From the human T2T-CHM13v2.0 reference genome, Homo sapiens, in NCBI GenBank assembly GCA_009914755.4, contig CP068257.2, positions 11,552,001 to 11,616,000 of the forward strand: a DNA stretch of 64,000 nt. The letters run 5' to 3'. Positions 18,107 through 31,352 of the stretch are shown here, in pieces. The position numbers and the translations under genes were made by a program. Each line of letters begins with the position of its first letter. Position 1 is the stretch's first letter. The notes beneath the pieces are model-generated. The model saw only the letters and a list, made by a program, of their open reading frames with translations. It was not told the DNA's origin and searched no databases.

Positions 18107-20150
18107 TGATATGGTTTGACTGTGTCCCCACCCAAATCGCAACTTGAATTGTATCAGTAGAGTGGAGTGTTGCTGAAAAGATACCCAAAATATGTAAGCG
18201 ACTTTGGAACTGCATAACAGGCAGAGGTTGGAACAGTTTGGAGGGCTCAGAAGAAGACAGGAAAATGTGGGAAAGTTTGGAAAGGCATGATTGGTTCTGA
18301 AATGTGAGGACATGAGATTTCTAGGTGTCGGGGTGGAATGATATGGTTTGGCTGTGTTCCCATCCAAATCACTTGTTGAATGGCTTTGATAAAATGCTGA
18401 TAGTGATATGAACAATAAGGTCCAGGCTGAGGTGGCCTAAGATGGAGATGAAGAACTTGTAGGGAACTGGAGCAAAGGTGATTCTTGTTATGTTTTAGCA
18501 AAGAGACTAGTAGCACTTTGTCCCTGCTCTAGAGATCTGTGGAACATTGAACTTGAGATCATTTAAGATACCTGGCAGAAGAAATTTCTAAGCAGCAAAG
18601 CATTCAAAAGGTGACTTGGGTTGCTGTTAAAAGCATTTTGTTTGGAAAGGGAAACAGCATTAAAGTTCAGAAAGTTTGCAGCCTGATGATGCAGTAGAAA
18701 AGAAAAACCCATTTTTTTTTGTGGAGAAATTCAAGCCAGCTGCAGAAATTTGCGTAAGTAGCAAGGAAGCTAATGTTAATCCCCAAGACCATGGGGAAGA
18801 TGTCTCCAGGCCATGTCAGAGACTCAGAGACCTTCAGGGCAGCCCCTCCCTTCATAAGCCCAGAGGCCCAGGAGGAAAAAGTGTCTTTGTGGGCCAGGCC
18901 CAGGGTCTGCATGCTCTGTGAAGCCTAGGGACTTGGTACCTTGTGTCCCAGCTGCTTCAGACATGGCTCCAAAGGGCCAATGTAGAGCTTGGGCTGTGAC
19001 TTCAGAGGGTGGAAGCCCTAAGCCTTTGCAGTTTGCACGTGGTGTTGAGCCTGTAGGTGCACAGAAGTCAAGAATTGAGGTTTGGGAACCTCCATCTAGA
19101 TTTCAGAAGATGTATGGAAACTCCTGGATGCCCAGGCAAGTTTGCTGCAGGGGTGGGGCCCTCAGGGAGAACCTCTGCTAGGGCACTGTGGAAGGGAAAT
19201 GTGGGGCTGGAGCCCCCACACAGAGTCCCTACTTGGGCACTGCCTAGTGGAGCTGTGAGAAGAGGGCTACCGTCCTCCAGACCCCAGAATGGTATATCCA
19301 CCGACAGCTTGAACCATGCTCCTGGAAAAGCCACAGACACTCAACGCCAGCCCATGAAAGTAGCTGGGAGGGAGGCTGTACCCTGCAAAGCCACAAAGGT
19401 GGAACTGCCCAAGACCATGAGAATCCACCTCTTGCATCAGCAAAACCTGGATGTGAGAACTAGAGTCAAAGGAGATCATTTTGAAGCTTTAAAATTTGAC
19501 TTCCCCACTGGATTTTGGACTTGCATGGGGCCTGTAACCCCTTTGTTTTGGCCAATTTCTCCTATTTAAACAGCTATATTTACCCAATACCTGTACCCCC
19601 ATTGTATCTAGGAAGTAACTAGCTTGATTTTGATTTTACAGGCTCATAGGTGGAAGGGACTTGCCTTGTCTCAGATGAGACTTTGGACTGTGCACTTTTG
19701 AGTTCATGCTGGAATGAGTTAAGACTTTGAAGGACTGTTGGGAAGGCATGGTTGGTTTGAAATGTGAGGACACGAGATTTTGAGGGGTCGGGGTGGAATG
19801 ATATGGTTTGGCTGTGTCCCCATCCAAATCACAACTTGAATTGTATCTCTCAGAATTCCCACATGTTGTGGAGGGGGACTCAGGGGGAGGTAATTGAATC
19901 ATGGGAGAACAGTCGTTTCCATGCTATTCTCATGATAGTGAATAAGTCTCACACTATCCAATGGTTTTATCAGGGGTTTCCCCTTTGCTTGCTCCTCATT
20001 TTCTCTTGCTGCTGCCATGTAAGAAGTGCCTTTTGCCTCCTGCCATGATTCTGAGGCCTCCCTAGCCATGTGGAGTTGTAAGTTCAATTAAACCTCTTTT
20101 TCTTCCTTGGTGTATGTCTTTATCAGCAGTGAGTAAACAGACTAATGCAA
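18107..20150 (+). mobile_element. THE1-type MaLR LTR retrotransposon: truncated and rearranged 5' LTR region (18107-18372), internal region, complete 3' LTR (19799-20150)
   Basis: 3' LTR tgatatggtttggctgtgtccccatccaaatcacaacttgaattgtatctctcagaattcccacatgttgtggagggggactcagggggaggtaattgaatcatggg...gataagtgaataagtctcac...ccatgtggagttgtaagttcaattaaacctcttttt...ctttatcagcagtgagtaaacagactaatgcaa. The 5' end starts tgatatggtttgactgtgtccccacccaaatcgcaacttgaattgtatc, and the internal region ends ...gaaatgtgaggacacgagattttgaggggtcggggtggaa immediately before the 3' LTR. Confidence 0.8.
19799..20150 (+). mobile_element. THE1-type 3' LTR (about 352 bp, TG...CA termini) of the element above
   Basis: See above; begins tgatatgg and ends actaatgcaa. 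Confidence 0.8.
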
Positions 20151-21649
20151 CGACCTGAGAATTTTGAGGGGGTACTCATCATGTACTTTGCAGAATCAAT
20201 CAGGTTTTCTCTAATGCTTTTCTCATCATAAGACATAGGTTATTGGTTTTTAAAAGGAAGACCACAAGGTAAAGTGCAATTCTCATCACATTATGTTAAA
20301 AGTAGATACTATAAGCATAATCTACCACTGATTTTACTGTGTATGTTTAAACTGTACAACATGTCTTGATATACTTATACATAGTGAAATAATTAGCATA
20401 ATGAAGCAAATTAATGTATCTATCACTTTACATTGTTTTTGCGTGTGAGATAAGAGCACCTAAAATGTATTACTGTTGATGTTAATCTTGATCACGTAGC
20501 TGATAGAGTTTGTCATTTTCCTTGACCATAAACTTACTTTTTTCCCCCTTTCTACACTGTAGTCTTTGGGAGGAAGTCACTGCACAGCCTACATTTAAAG
20601 AATGAGGGCTTATTCTCTACCTCCTTGAGAGCAGAGTGTAATGTAGATACTCATCTATGTTACTTTTACTCTTTATGTAAATTACTTCGAAATTTTCTGC
20701 ATCAGAGATTTGTCTCTTCTCTCCTATTTGTTTATTCATTTATTTATATTGCAACATATTTGTATGGACTCACAAATATATTTTTTAAGCTGGGGTTTAT
20801 ATTCAGTATTTAACACTATTTTGTTTTTCAAAGTGTTCTAGCTTTTGCCATTGGGAGCTATTTTAGTTGGCTCCTGTGTCTTTTGTGTGTCTTTGACACA
20901 ATTCTATCTTTGTGAGTATTTTTGTTTGTTTGTTTTGGTTTTTTGCACTTGCTTGCCTTCTGCCCCTATAAGGTATTCCAAGCACATCTCCTATATTTCT
21001 TGACTCACTCCTAGAACCAGCCATTTCGCCAAAGATTCATGGTTCCTTTTAACAGAGAATAATATTAGGAACCAAGATCTAAGTGCTAAGTGGGCTTATT
21101 GCTACTTCAGTGTTGATGCTTCCAGACTATCTCAACTGACAGAGAAAAAAAATGTGTGAGTATATTAACCCATGTATATACACATATTTATAAATGTTAT
21201 CTATATTTCTATATCCAGAAATATCTATATTAAGCAAAATGTAAGTTCATACTGGTGTATTGAAGTCTTCTGTAATAACACATGGATAATTCTAGCCGCA
21301 TCTCCTTGGTCACTGCAATCTCTCATTCCAAAAGTAAGAAAACTGCCTGTCAGCCACTGTCAGCCAATCATTTATATACTTGTTCAAATCCATTATGTTT
21401 GTATAGTGGTATGAGGATTGTTAATCCATACCCCTAGGTAAACAGATTTTTCAACTAGAATATAGTGCTTATGTACAGTTTCTTTTGCCTTTACTATTAC
21501 AGACTCATCTCCATTTATTTTCAAAGTTACTTATGTCACCACTGTTATTGTCCACTCCCTTCAGATAAGATTTTTCATACATTCTTAATACAGTTAGATA
21601 TTTTTTGTCTCAGCCTGAATTCCGTCTTGGAGTCTCCTGACCTCTAAAT

Positions 21650-24100
21650 GACTTTTGTTTGCTTTGTTGAAGATCAGTTGGCTGTAAGTTTTGGGGTTTA
21701 TTTCTGGCTTCTCTCTTCTGTTCCATTGGTCTATATGCCTGTTTTTGAACAAGTACCATGCTGTTTTGGTGACTATGGCCTTATAGTACAGTTTGAAATC
21801 AGGTAGTGCATGCCTCCAGATTTGCTCTTTTTGCTTAGTCTTGCTTTCGCTATGTGGATCTTTTTTGGCTCCATATGATTGTAGAATTGTTTTTTCAAAT
21901 TCTGTGAAGAACAATGGTGGTATTTTGATGGGGATTGCATTGAATTTGTAGATAGCTTTTGGCAGTATGGTCATTTTCACAATATTGATTCTACCTATCC
22001 ATGAGCATGAGATGTGTTTCCATTTGTTTGTGTCATCTATGATTTCTTTCAGCCATGTTTTGTAGTTTTCCTTGTAGAGGTCTTTTGGCACCTGGTTATG
22101 TATATTCCTAAGTTTTTCGTTTGTTTGTTTTTTGCAGCTATTGTGAAAGGGGTTGAGTTCTTGATTTCAACCTCCACTTGGTCACTGTTGGTATACAGAA
22201 GAGCTACTGATGTGTGTACATTAATCTTTTATCTAGAAACTTTGCTGAATTCTTTCGTCAGTTCTAGGAGCTTTCTGGAGGAGTCCTTAGGGTTTTCAAG
22301 GTAAACGATCATATCATCAGCAAAGAGTGACAGTTTGACTTCCTCTTTACTGATTTGGATGAACTTTATTTCTTTCTCTTGCGTGACTGCTGTGGTTAGG
22401 ACTTCCAGTACTATGTTGAAAAGGAGTGGTGACAGTAGTCATCCTTGTCTTGTTCCATTTCTCAGAGGGAATGCTTTCAAATTTTCCCCATTCAGTATTA
22501 CACTGGCTGTGGGTTTGTCATAGTTGGCTTTTATTACATTAAGGTATGTCCCTTGTATGCCGATTTTGCTGAGAGTTTTAATCATAAAGTGATGCTAGAT
22601 TTTGTCGAAGGCTTTTTCTGTGTCTATTGAGATGATCATAGTGATTTTTGTTTTAAATTCTGTTTATGTGTTGTATCATATGTTAAACCATCCCTGGTAT
22701 GAAACTCACTTGATCATGGATTACTTTTTTGATATGTTGTTGGATTCAGTTAGCTAGTATTTTGTTAAGGATTTTAGCATCTGTGTTCATTGAGGATATT
22801 GGTCTGTAGTTTTCTTTTCTGGTTATGTCCTTTCCTGGTTTTGGTATTAGGGTGATGCTGGCTTCATAGAATGAATTAGGGAGGGTTCCTTCTTTCTCTG
22901 TCTTGTGGAATAGTGTCAAAAGGATTGGTACCAATTCTTCTTTGAATGTCTGGTAGAATTTTGTTGTGAATCTGTCTGGTCCTGGACATTTTTTGTTAGT
23001 AATTTTTAGATTACCATTTCAATATTGCTGCTTGTTATTGGTCAGTTCAGGGTATCTAATTCTTCCTCATTTAAGCTAGGAAGCTTGTTTTTTCCAGGAA
23101 TTTATCCATCTCTTCTAGGTTTTCTAGTTTACATGCATAAAGGTGTTAATAGTAGCCCTGACTTATCTTTTCTATTTCAGTGGTGTCAGTTCTGATATCT
23201 CCTGTTTCATTTCTTAGTGAGGTTTTTTGGATTTTCTCTCTTCTTTTCTTGGTTAATCTTGCTAATAGTTTGTCAACTTTATTTATCTTTTCAAAGAACC
23301 AGCTTTTTATTTTGTTTATCTTTTGTATATTTTTTGTTTCAGTTTCATTTAGTTGTGCTCTGATCTTGGTTATTTCCTTTCTTCTACTTGCTTTGGGTTT
23401 GGTTTGTTCTTGTTTCTCTAGTTCTTTGAGATGTGACCTTAGATTGTCTGTTTGTGCTCTTTCAAACTTTTTGATGTAGATGTTTATGGCTATGAGCTTT
23501 CTTCTTAGCATTACCTTTGCTGTATCCCAGAGGTTTTGATAAATTGTGTCATTCTTGTCATTCAGTTGGAAGAATTTTTTAATTTCCATCCTGAGTTTGT
23601 GTTTGACCCGATGCTCATTCAGGAGCAGGTTATTTAATTTTCATTTATTTGCATGGTTTTGAAGGTTCCTTTTGGAGTTGATTTCCAGTTTTATTCCACT
23701 GTGGTCTGACAGAGTGCTTAATATATTATCACTTTTCTTAAATGTAATGAGGCTCGTTTTATGGCCTATAATATAGTCAATACGGGAGAAAGTTCCACAC
23801 GCTGTTTAATAGAATGTGTATTCTGTGGTTGTTGGATGAAATGTTCTGTGTATATCTGTTAAGTCCATTTGTTCCGAGGTATAGTTTAAACCTGTTGTTT
23901 CTTTGTTGACTTTCTGTCTTGATGACCTACCTAGTGCTGTCAGTGGAGTATTGACATCCCCTACTATTGTTGTGTTGCTATATATCTCATCTCATTTCTT
24001 AGGTCTATTAGTAATTGTTTTATTAATTTCAGAGCTCCAGTGTTAGGTGCATATGTTTAGGATTGTGATATTTTCCTGTTGGACAAGGCCTTTTAGCATT
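21650..24100 (-). mobile_element. LINE-1 (L1PB-like) internal ORF2 fragment, antisense, truncated at both ends (RT region back to EN region)
   Basis: ttgttgaagatcagttggctgtaagttttggggtttatttctggcttctctcttctgttccattggtctatatgcctg..., ccagtactatgttgaaaaggagtggtgacagtagtcatccttgtcttgttccatttctcagagggaatgctttc. Minus-strand ORFs 21594..22091 (...[17 protein letters not shown]...) and 23146..23589 (...TKNIQKINKIKSWFFEKINKVDKLLARLTKKRREK...) are L1 ORF2 peptide remnants. Confidence 0.85.
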
Positions 24101-24102
24101 CT

Positions 24103-24443
<341 letters not shown>

Positions 24444-25744
24444 TGACAGCTTACAATTGTCAATTATTTCTCTGACCCTTTAAAAGGTAGTCTTCCCTTA
24501 AGAGAAGGGGAGCATGCAGACGGACAGGTGCAGGAGCCAGAATGAGTGCCCCTGGTCTCCAGCCCCACAGCAGCGTCCAGGAGTGGGTGCCTGCAGCTCC
24601 GAAATCACAATGGGGTGAATGTTACAGTGCACTCTCTTAGATTTACCATCTACGGATGGCTTAAGTGTTAACCAGCTCAATGCCCTCTTGGTATCCAGGT
24701 CCTTGTCTGACATCCAGGAAGAATCAGGTCACACAAGGACTTGAAGGATGAATGCAGGAATGCAGGGGTTTTATTAAGTGGTGGAGGTGGCTCTCAGCAG
24801 GATGAATGGGGAACTGAAAAAGGGATGGAGTGGGAAGATGATATTCCCCTGGAGTTGACAGTCCAGCAGCTGATCTCCTCTCTGACTGCCCCCAGCCGAT
24901 TCCTATTGGCATTCAGGTGCTCCTTCTCTTCTCTCTGCCCCATTTTCCTGCCATCCTTCTGCTCTTCTGTTAGCCCTCTCGTCTGCTTGTCTGCTTCTGG
25001 AGCCTGGGGTCTGAGATTTATATGGGTACAGAATAGGGGGTTGTGGCAGGCCAAAAGACAACTTTTGGGTGCCAAAACTGGAATGTCTGTTCCCATTTGG
25101 GGTCACAGGTTTCCAGGCTTGAGGGCAGGGTCTTTGCCAGGGAACCACCCTCTTCTACCCAGTATTTCCCTGTCTCCTATCCATATCAGTAGCACTGAGA
25201 TTTCTAAGGCTGGTATTTTAAAGAGGTTGAGGTAACCCTAGGGACATGGTCCAGGATTACCATGGCTAGAGTGTGATCAAGTTTTGGTGTGCTGGGTTGA
25301 ACAGAGACTTTTTCAGTTCTCACCCAGTTCCCATTATACTAAAGTTTACTGTACTTATCTACCAACTTGTTGACTTTCTTGTCCAACTTAACACTTGGAG
25401 TGTTAAGTTTGCAGAAGCATCTGGAACTCCAAATAGTCTTTGAGGAATTTTCTTTCTACTGATACAGTCTGTATATCTGGTGTACCCACCTACTATAGGT
25501 TGTGTTTCACAGGGATCATGTGGGTTTTTAGGGGCATAGAGCTGAAAGTGGGCTCAAGTACAGAGAGTCACTATTTATAGCCTCAAACCATTGTTTCCTT
25601 GTTAGATGTAAGATTTTTCCTTATGTGTTTATTTACAGACTCCTTCCTCATTTTTTTTTCCTTAGGAAATTTCTAACTTTTTTTACCTTCCATGCTTTCT
25701 ATTGGATGCATTCCTTTGTTTATTTTTTTTAATATTATTTTAGT

Positions 25745-26025
25745 TTTTTGAGACGGGGTCTCACTCTGTTGCCCAGGCTGGGGGGCATTGGCGCAATTTT
25801 GTCTCACTGCAAGCTCTACCTCCCAGTTCATGCCATTCTCCTGTCTCAGCCTCCTGAGTAGCTGGGACTACAGGCACCCACCACTATGCTTAATTTTCTG
25901 TATTTTTAGTAGAGGTGGGGTTTCACCATCTTGGCCAGGATGGTTTCAATCTCCTGACCTCGTGATCCACCCGCCTGGGCCTCCCAAAGTGCAAGGATTA
26001 CAGGCATAAGCCACCGGGCCCAGCC
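25745..26025 (-). mobile_element. Alu SINE
   Basis: ttttttgagacggggtctcactctgttgcccaggctgg...ggattacaggcataagccaccgggcccagcc. Confidence 0.9.
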
Positions 26026-26361
26026 ACATTCCTTTATTTCTATCAGACAGACCACTGTATGTTAGAAAGAACCTTAATTTTGGATAAGATTTTTACCTTT
26101 CATGGGCTAAAAGTCTCCATTAAAGAAAATTAATAGATAAATATATTAACATCTTGGTATTAGTTTATTTGAACCTGAGCTCATACTTGATCAGTGTTTT
26201 CAGCAATATTTAATTCTGCTTTTGTAGGTTTCACATTCTACTTGCAAAATAATGGATGATTATTACCTTATTATTATGATGATGTTTGTGAGTGAATTTT
26301 CAGGCATTTTTATTGGAATTTGTGATCACATTGAGAGCCATAAAACATTTTACATTTTTCA

Positions 26362-26739
<378 letters not shown>

Positions 26740-29377
26740 TTAGTTCTCTCATATATGCAATGGGGAGTCTCTGTTAAGTTTTTTGATTTATGAAATGATA
26801 CACAATGCCAGGAATGACACTAATTAAAATCTGTATATTTACTCATTTGAATCTTGACAATCATTCTTATTTAGATGAACCTCAGTCAAATAGTTAATAT
26901 TTAACATGTTTTCTTCAGGAATTTTTATTAGCAATGAGAATGTTAATTGAGGATGGCTGGGCTGATATTCTGTAAGAATTGTACCCTTTTATTGAATATT
27001 TAAACTAAGTTTAAGTATATATAAAAGATCAGATATTGCAACATGTTTCTGGTATTAATTTCCAAAAAACTTTTTATACGTGAAATTATGAAATGGTACT
27101 TCCTATAGTCTAGTACTAAAAATTTAAAAAAGTCTTTTATCATTCTTACTGCATAAAAATGCTTTAGTGAGTATTGTTAAGAAGAATAAACCAATCCACT
27201 TTAGTTTTCTTATCCCCGTGACTCATTTATGAACTTGATATTTCTCAGTGTAGCCCTACAACAATGTCTTTAAATTATGTAATTTTCTATGAATTCAACA
27301 AAAGAAACCTAAAAGTTGACTCTGAGCATTTTCTTGGCCTTCCTCATTTTGCGGTTGATTGTGGCCTACATAATTTCCCTGAAATGAGTCAGCTTCCAAA
27401 CAGTTTAGGATTCCAAGCCCTCTATATAGGCTGCTGCTCAATACCTGTTCTTTGCTCATTTCTACTGCCAATATATTTTGTTATAAAAATGAACCACATT
27501 TTTTGGCCAATAATAATATGTTTGCTATAAAGGTTATATTGCAAATTTCACTAGGTTCCATAAAGAACCTTATCATCACCATTGCTGTTTCTCTAAATAA
27601 ATATATGCATGAAAATTGTGTAGAGGGAGAAAGTTTTAAAACATTAATTATGTATATAGAAAGTTCCAACTGATATCTAGCAGAAACATGAATAATTTTT
27701 CAGTTTCATTCACCTAGTGTGCAAACTAGGATCAATCATAATGAAAAAAAAACCCTCCCCCAAAACAGCTACAGCTTCATTTTTCTCTTCTTCTCTGTAA
27801 TGAAGGCTCCAAGTTGACATAGATGGTAATAACAAAGAGGCCAGTTCTGAGAGCTGCCATCTGCATCATCCTGACCCCTTTCAACACACCTCATCTGAAA
27901 CGATAACTATAATTCCTGTCCTACATTACACTCTGCTGTAGTGCCACACATCTTTTAAAAGTATTAAGGAAACCATTCAGAGAGCATTATTGGAAAATAA
28001 GAGAGGGCAACTATTCTGGTCAACCAAGTAATGAGTTTTAATACTTCCCAGCAGTTACCTAAAATCCCAGCTGATTTCAAAGACTAAGAGGTAAAAGGGA
28101 AAAGGCTCAATGGCAGAGTGGGGAAGAGCTGGGGAGAAATCCTTTAGAGCTAATATGTTATCTGGCAGTGTTATCTTCCTCCACTTTTATCTGCAGTATT
28201 TCAACATACATAAATCTATTATAGTGTTGGAGAAAGGGCCCACTGTCTGAACTTTTATTCTTTTAGGAGAAACATCCATGTAAAGCTCTTTTGTAGATTA
28301 AGCAATTCAATTTTATGCATAGAGAATACCTAAATGGCCAAAAAAATTCTATTCTACTTAAAACTATACCATAATTAAAAAATAGTAAATAGCAATAGCA
28401 CTTTAAAATAAATTTAATCAATGAATATTCCTTGTCCATTTGTATAAAATACTTAAATAAAAAGTTTTGTAAAATGTTATGATATTTATCTGCTTTAAAA
28501 TATTTTACTATTAACTCAAACTTTTACCCTAGGACTGATTCATAGTTACACAACTTCAATGTTGAAGTAAAATCCTACGGCCTATCATGTGAATTTATAC
28601 AAATCATGTATGTAGTATGTAGGTTTTTTTTCTTTTTCAAATTAAGAATATCAGAAAATACAAAACAAAATTTTATTTATTATTCATTATTTCAGATCTG
28701 CAGTAAACAGAATCCTGCTCAGATAATTTGAGAAATTTTTCAAGTAAGAGTATGAATGAACGAATGTCGAGACATCTAGAGATTAGCAGCTGTGGGAAGT
28801 CATTGCCAGCTCTAAGCTGAAGAGCAAAGGAGGTAATAGCACTACAGGATCTGAAGAGTAATAGAGCCTTAAGGTAGTGGTCTTCCTCATTGGAACTGCA
28901 GTCATTGAAGGTATCAACCACTGACAGACAATGCTGCCAAATATGATAGGGAGTGGGGAACAAATACCCCAACCTTCCCTCTTGCCTTGTGATTGGCATG
29001 CCATTGCTCCCCATTTCCTGAACCCAGCAATCTGAAGCCAAATGGAAAGAAAGTCAGTAACACAATCCAAGGGAGTCAGCCTCTCAGAACAGAAAAAAGA
29101 ACATGAAAAGACAAAGACTTGATTGAGGTCAGAAGGCAAAATAAGAAACCCAACACATCCATATTCCCAACACAAAGGCTTGACCACAAAGAATTAATAG
29201 CTGGTAAATTTTGCCTACAGCTATTTAACAAAAAATAAATATCACTCTATTTCTATATGCATGGTAAATTCCTGCATATACCATGCATATGGATTTTCAA
29301 AGATGTAAAAAATGCATAAAATCACAAATAGGAAGAAACAATTATTCCAAATATTTACACATGAAAGTAAGCATCAC

Positions 29378-29927
29378 TGTGATGGTTAATATTGAGTGTC
29401 AACTTGATTGGATTGAAGGATACGAAGTATTATTCCTGGGTGTGTCTGTGAGGGGGTTACCAAAGGAGATTAACACTTGAGTCAATGGACTAGGAGAGAC
29501 AGACCCACCCTCAATCTGGGTGGGCACCGTCTAACCAGCTGCCAGCACAGCTAGGATAAAAGCAGGCACAGAACATGAAAGGACTAGTCTGGCTAAGTTA
29601 TCTGGGCTCCATCTTTCTCCTGTGCTGGAGGCTTCCTGCCCTTGAACATCAGATCCCAAGTTATTCAGCTTTTGGACTCGTGCACATACCTCAGCGATTT
29701 GCCAGGTGTTCTCAGGCCTTCAGCCACAGACTGAAGGCTGCACTGCCGGCTTCTCTACTTTTGAGGTTTTGGGACTTTGACTTGCTTCCTGGCTCCTCAA
29801 CTTGCAGATGGCCTATTATGGGACCTCACCTTGTGATTGTGTGGGTCAATTTCCCTTTAAAACTCCCCTTCATATATTCATCTATCCTATTAGTTTCGTT
29901 TCTTTAGAGAACCCTGACTAATGTAAT
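29378..29927 (+). mobile_element. Solo LTR of the ERVL/MaLR superfamily (MLT2-like)
   Basis: tgtgatggttaatattgagtgtcaacttgattggattgaaggatacgaagtattattcctgggtgtgtctgtgagggggttaccaaaggagattaacacttgagtcaatggactaggagagacagacccaccctcaatctgggtgggcacc...cagcttttggactcgtgcacatacc...ttgaggttttgggactttgacttgcttcctggctcctcaacttgcagatggcctattatgggacctcaccttgtgattgtgtg...ctattagtttcgtttctttagagaaccctgactaatg; TG start and ...ctgactaat end as in MaLR/ERVL LTRs. Confidence 0.6.
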
Positions 29928-30974
29928 CATTAACTATGAGTGAACCTCATTTCAGATATTTTTCTATGGATATACACATATGGAAAAACAGACAAAGATA
30001 AACTTTTTGTTAATAAAAATGAGACTGTACTATATAAAGCTATTATAGTAAAATCAATGGATGGATTTATTTTACTTTAATTTATAAGAATAAAATATCT
30101 GAAATAAAACAAAATAAAGGAGTTCAAATAAATGTTTCCTTACCACAGTGCTGTTTTATATTTTTAAATAACCTAAAGTTTAGAAAATGTTTTACGCAGA
30201 TTAAAAGACATGCATTGTTAATGTAATCATAGTTTTCCATTTAAAAAATCTATTAACTTTTTGCTACAAACAAGGAAGATATTAGAATGTAGCATATTTC
30301 CATCTGTCTTCTGCTTATATCCCAACGTTTGTAAAATATATTATTCTATTTACATTATTCGGGTTTACTTTTTATATTGTTACATTCTGCAAAAATGTTT
30401 AGTTCTATTTTCAAGGAGAATAGGTTTTTATCAGTGTAGGTGTTATAAGACTGTCTTTACTTGAATTCTTTGAGTCTTACATTCCATAAATTATTAGGGT
30501 CTTTCATGTTTTCAAATGTCTCCATGCCTTGTTGATACTTGAACCCTAACTTAGCTGGCTATACAATGATTGGGTCACATTTCTTTACCTTTTGAACTTT
30601 TAGAAGTTGCTTCATTGTCTTTAGCCACAACATACTGATGGCTGTGGAGAAAATATGGGACTCATCTGATTTGTCTTCTCTGTTTGTATTTTCTTTCTCT
30701 GCTCTAGATGCCTGATGAATGATACCTTTACCTTGAAATTTAATAGCCTGAAAAGGTTGTCTTGATGTTAGGTAACATGAATTAAAATTTTATGGTACAC
30801 CATCTGCAGTTTAAGTTTTTTACATTATTTCTTTTTACATCTCAATTTTAAGAGGTGTTGCAAAGAAATCACTGTAAATACAGAAGTAGCCCTCATGTTC
30901 CACCAAAGTCAATTAGAGTGTTTCATGGATGTGCATGAACCGGTAAATGTCAAGAAAGTTAAAAAACTGAACCC

Positions 30975-31352
<378 letters not shown>

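Noticed and set aside
19057-19569. Longest ORF in the window (170 codons, plus strand), with overlapping ORFs 18918..19181 and 19068..19340
   Set aside because: It lies entirely inside the THE1 (MaLR) internal region. MaLR internal sequences are non-coding remnants, the ORF has no recognisable protein similarity, and the local GC-richness inflates random ORF length.
21594-23589. Minus-strand ORFs 21594..22091 (165 aa) and 23146..23589 (147 aa) with reverse-transcriptase-like peptides
   Set aside because: They are recognisable fragments of LINE-1 ORF2 inside a truncated, stop-codon-riddled L1PB copy. They are not an intact or novel reverse transcriptase.
28673-29187. Overlapping minus-strand ORFs of 122 and 134 codons in otherwise unique sequence
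   Set aside because: There is no start context or recognisable domain, the stretch is too short and isolated to call an exon, and the likely explanation is chance ORFs in a slightly GC-richer patch. It cannot be supported as coding from sequence alone.
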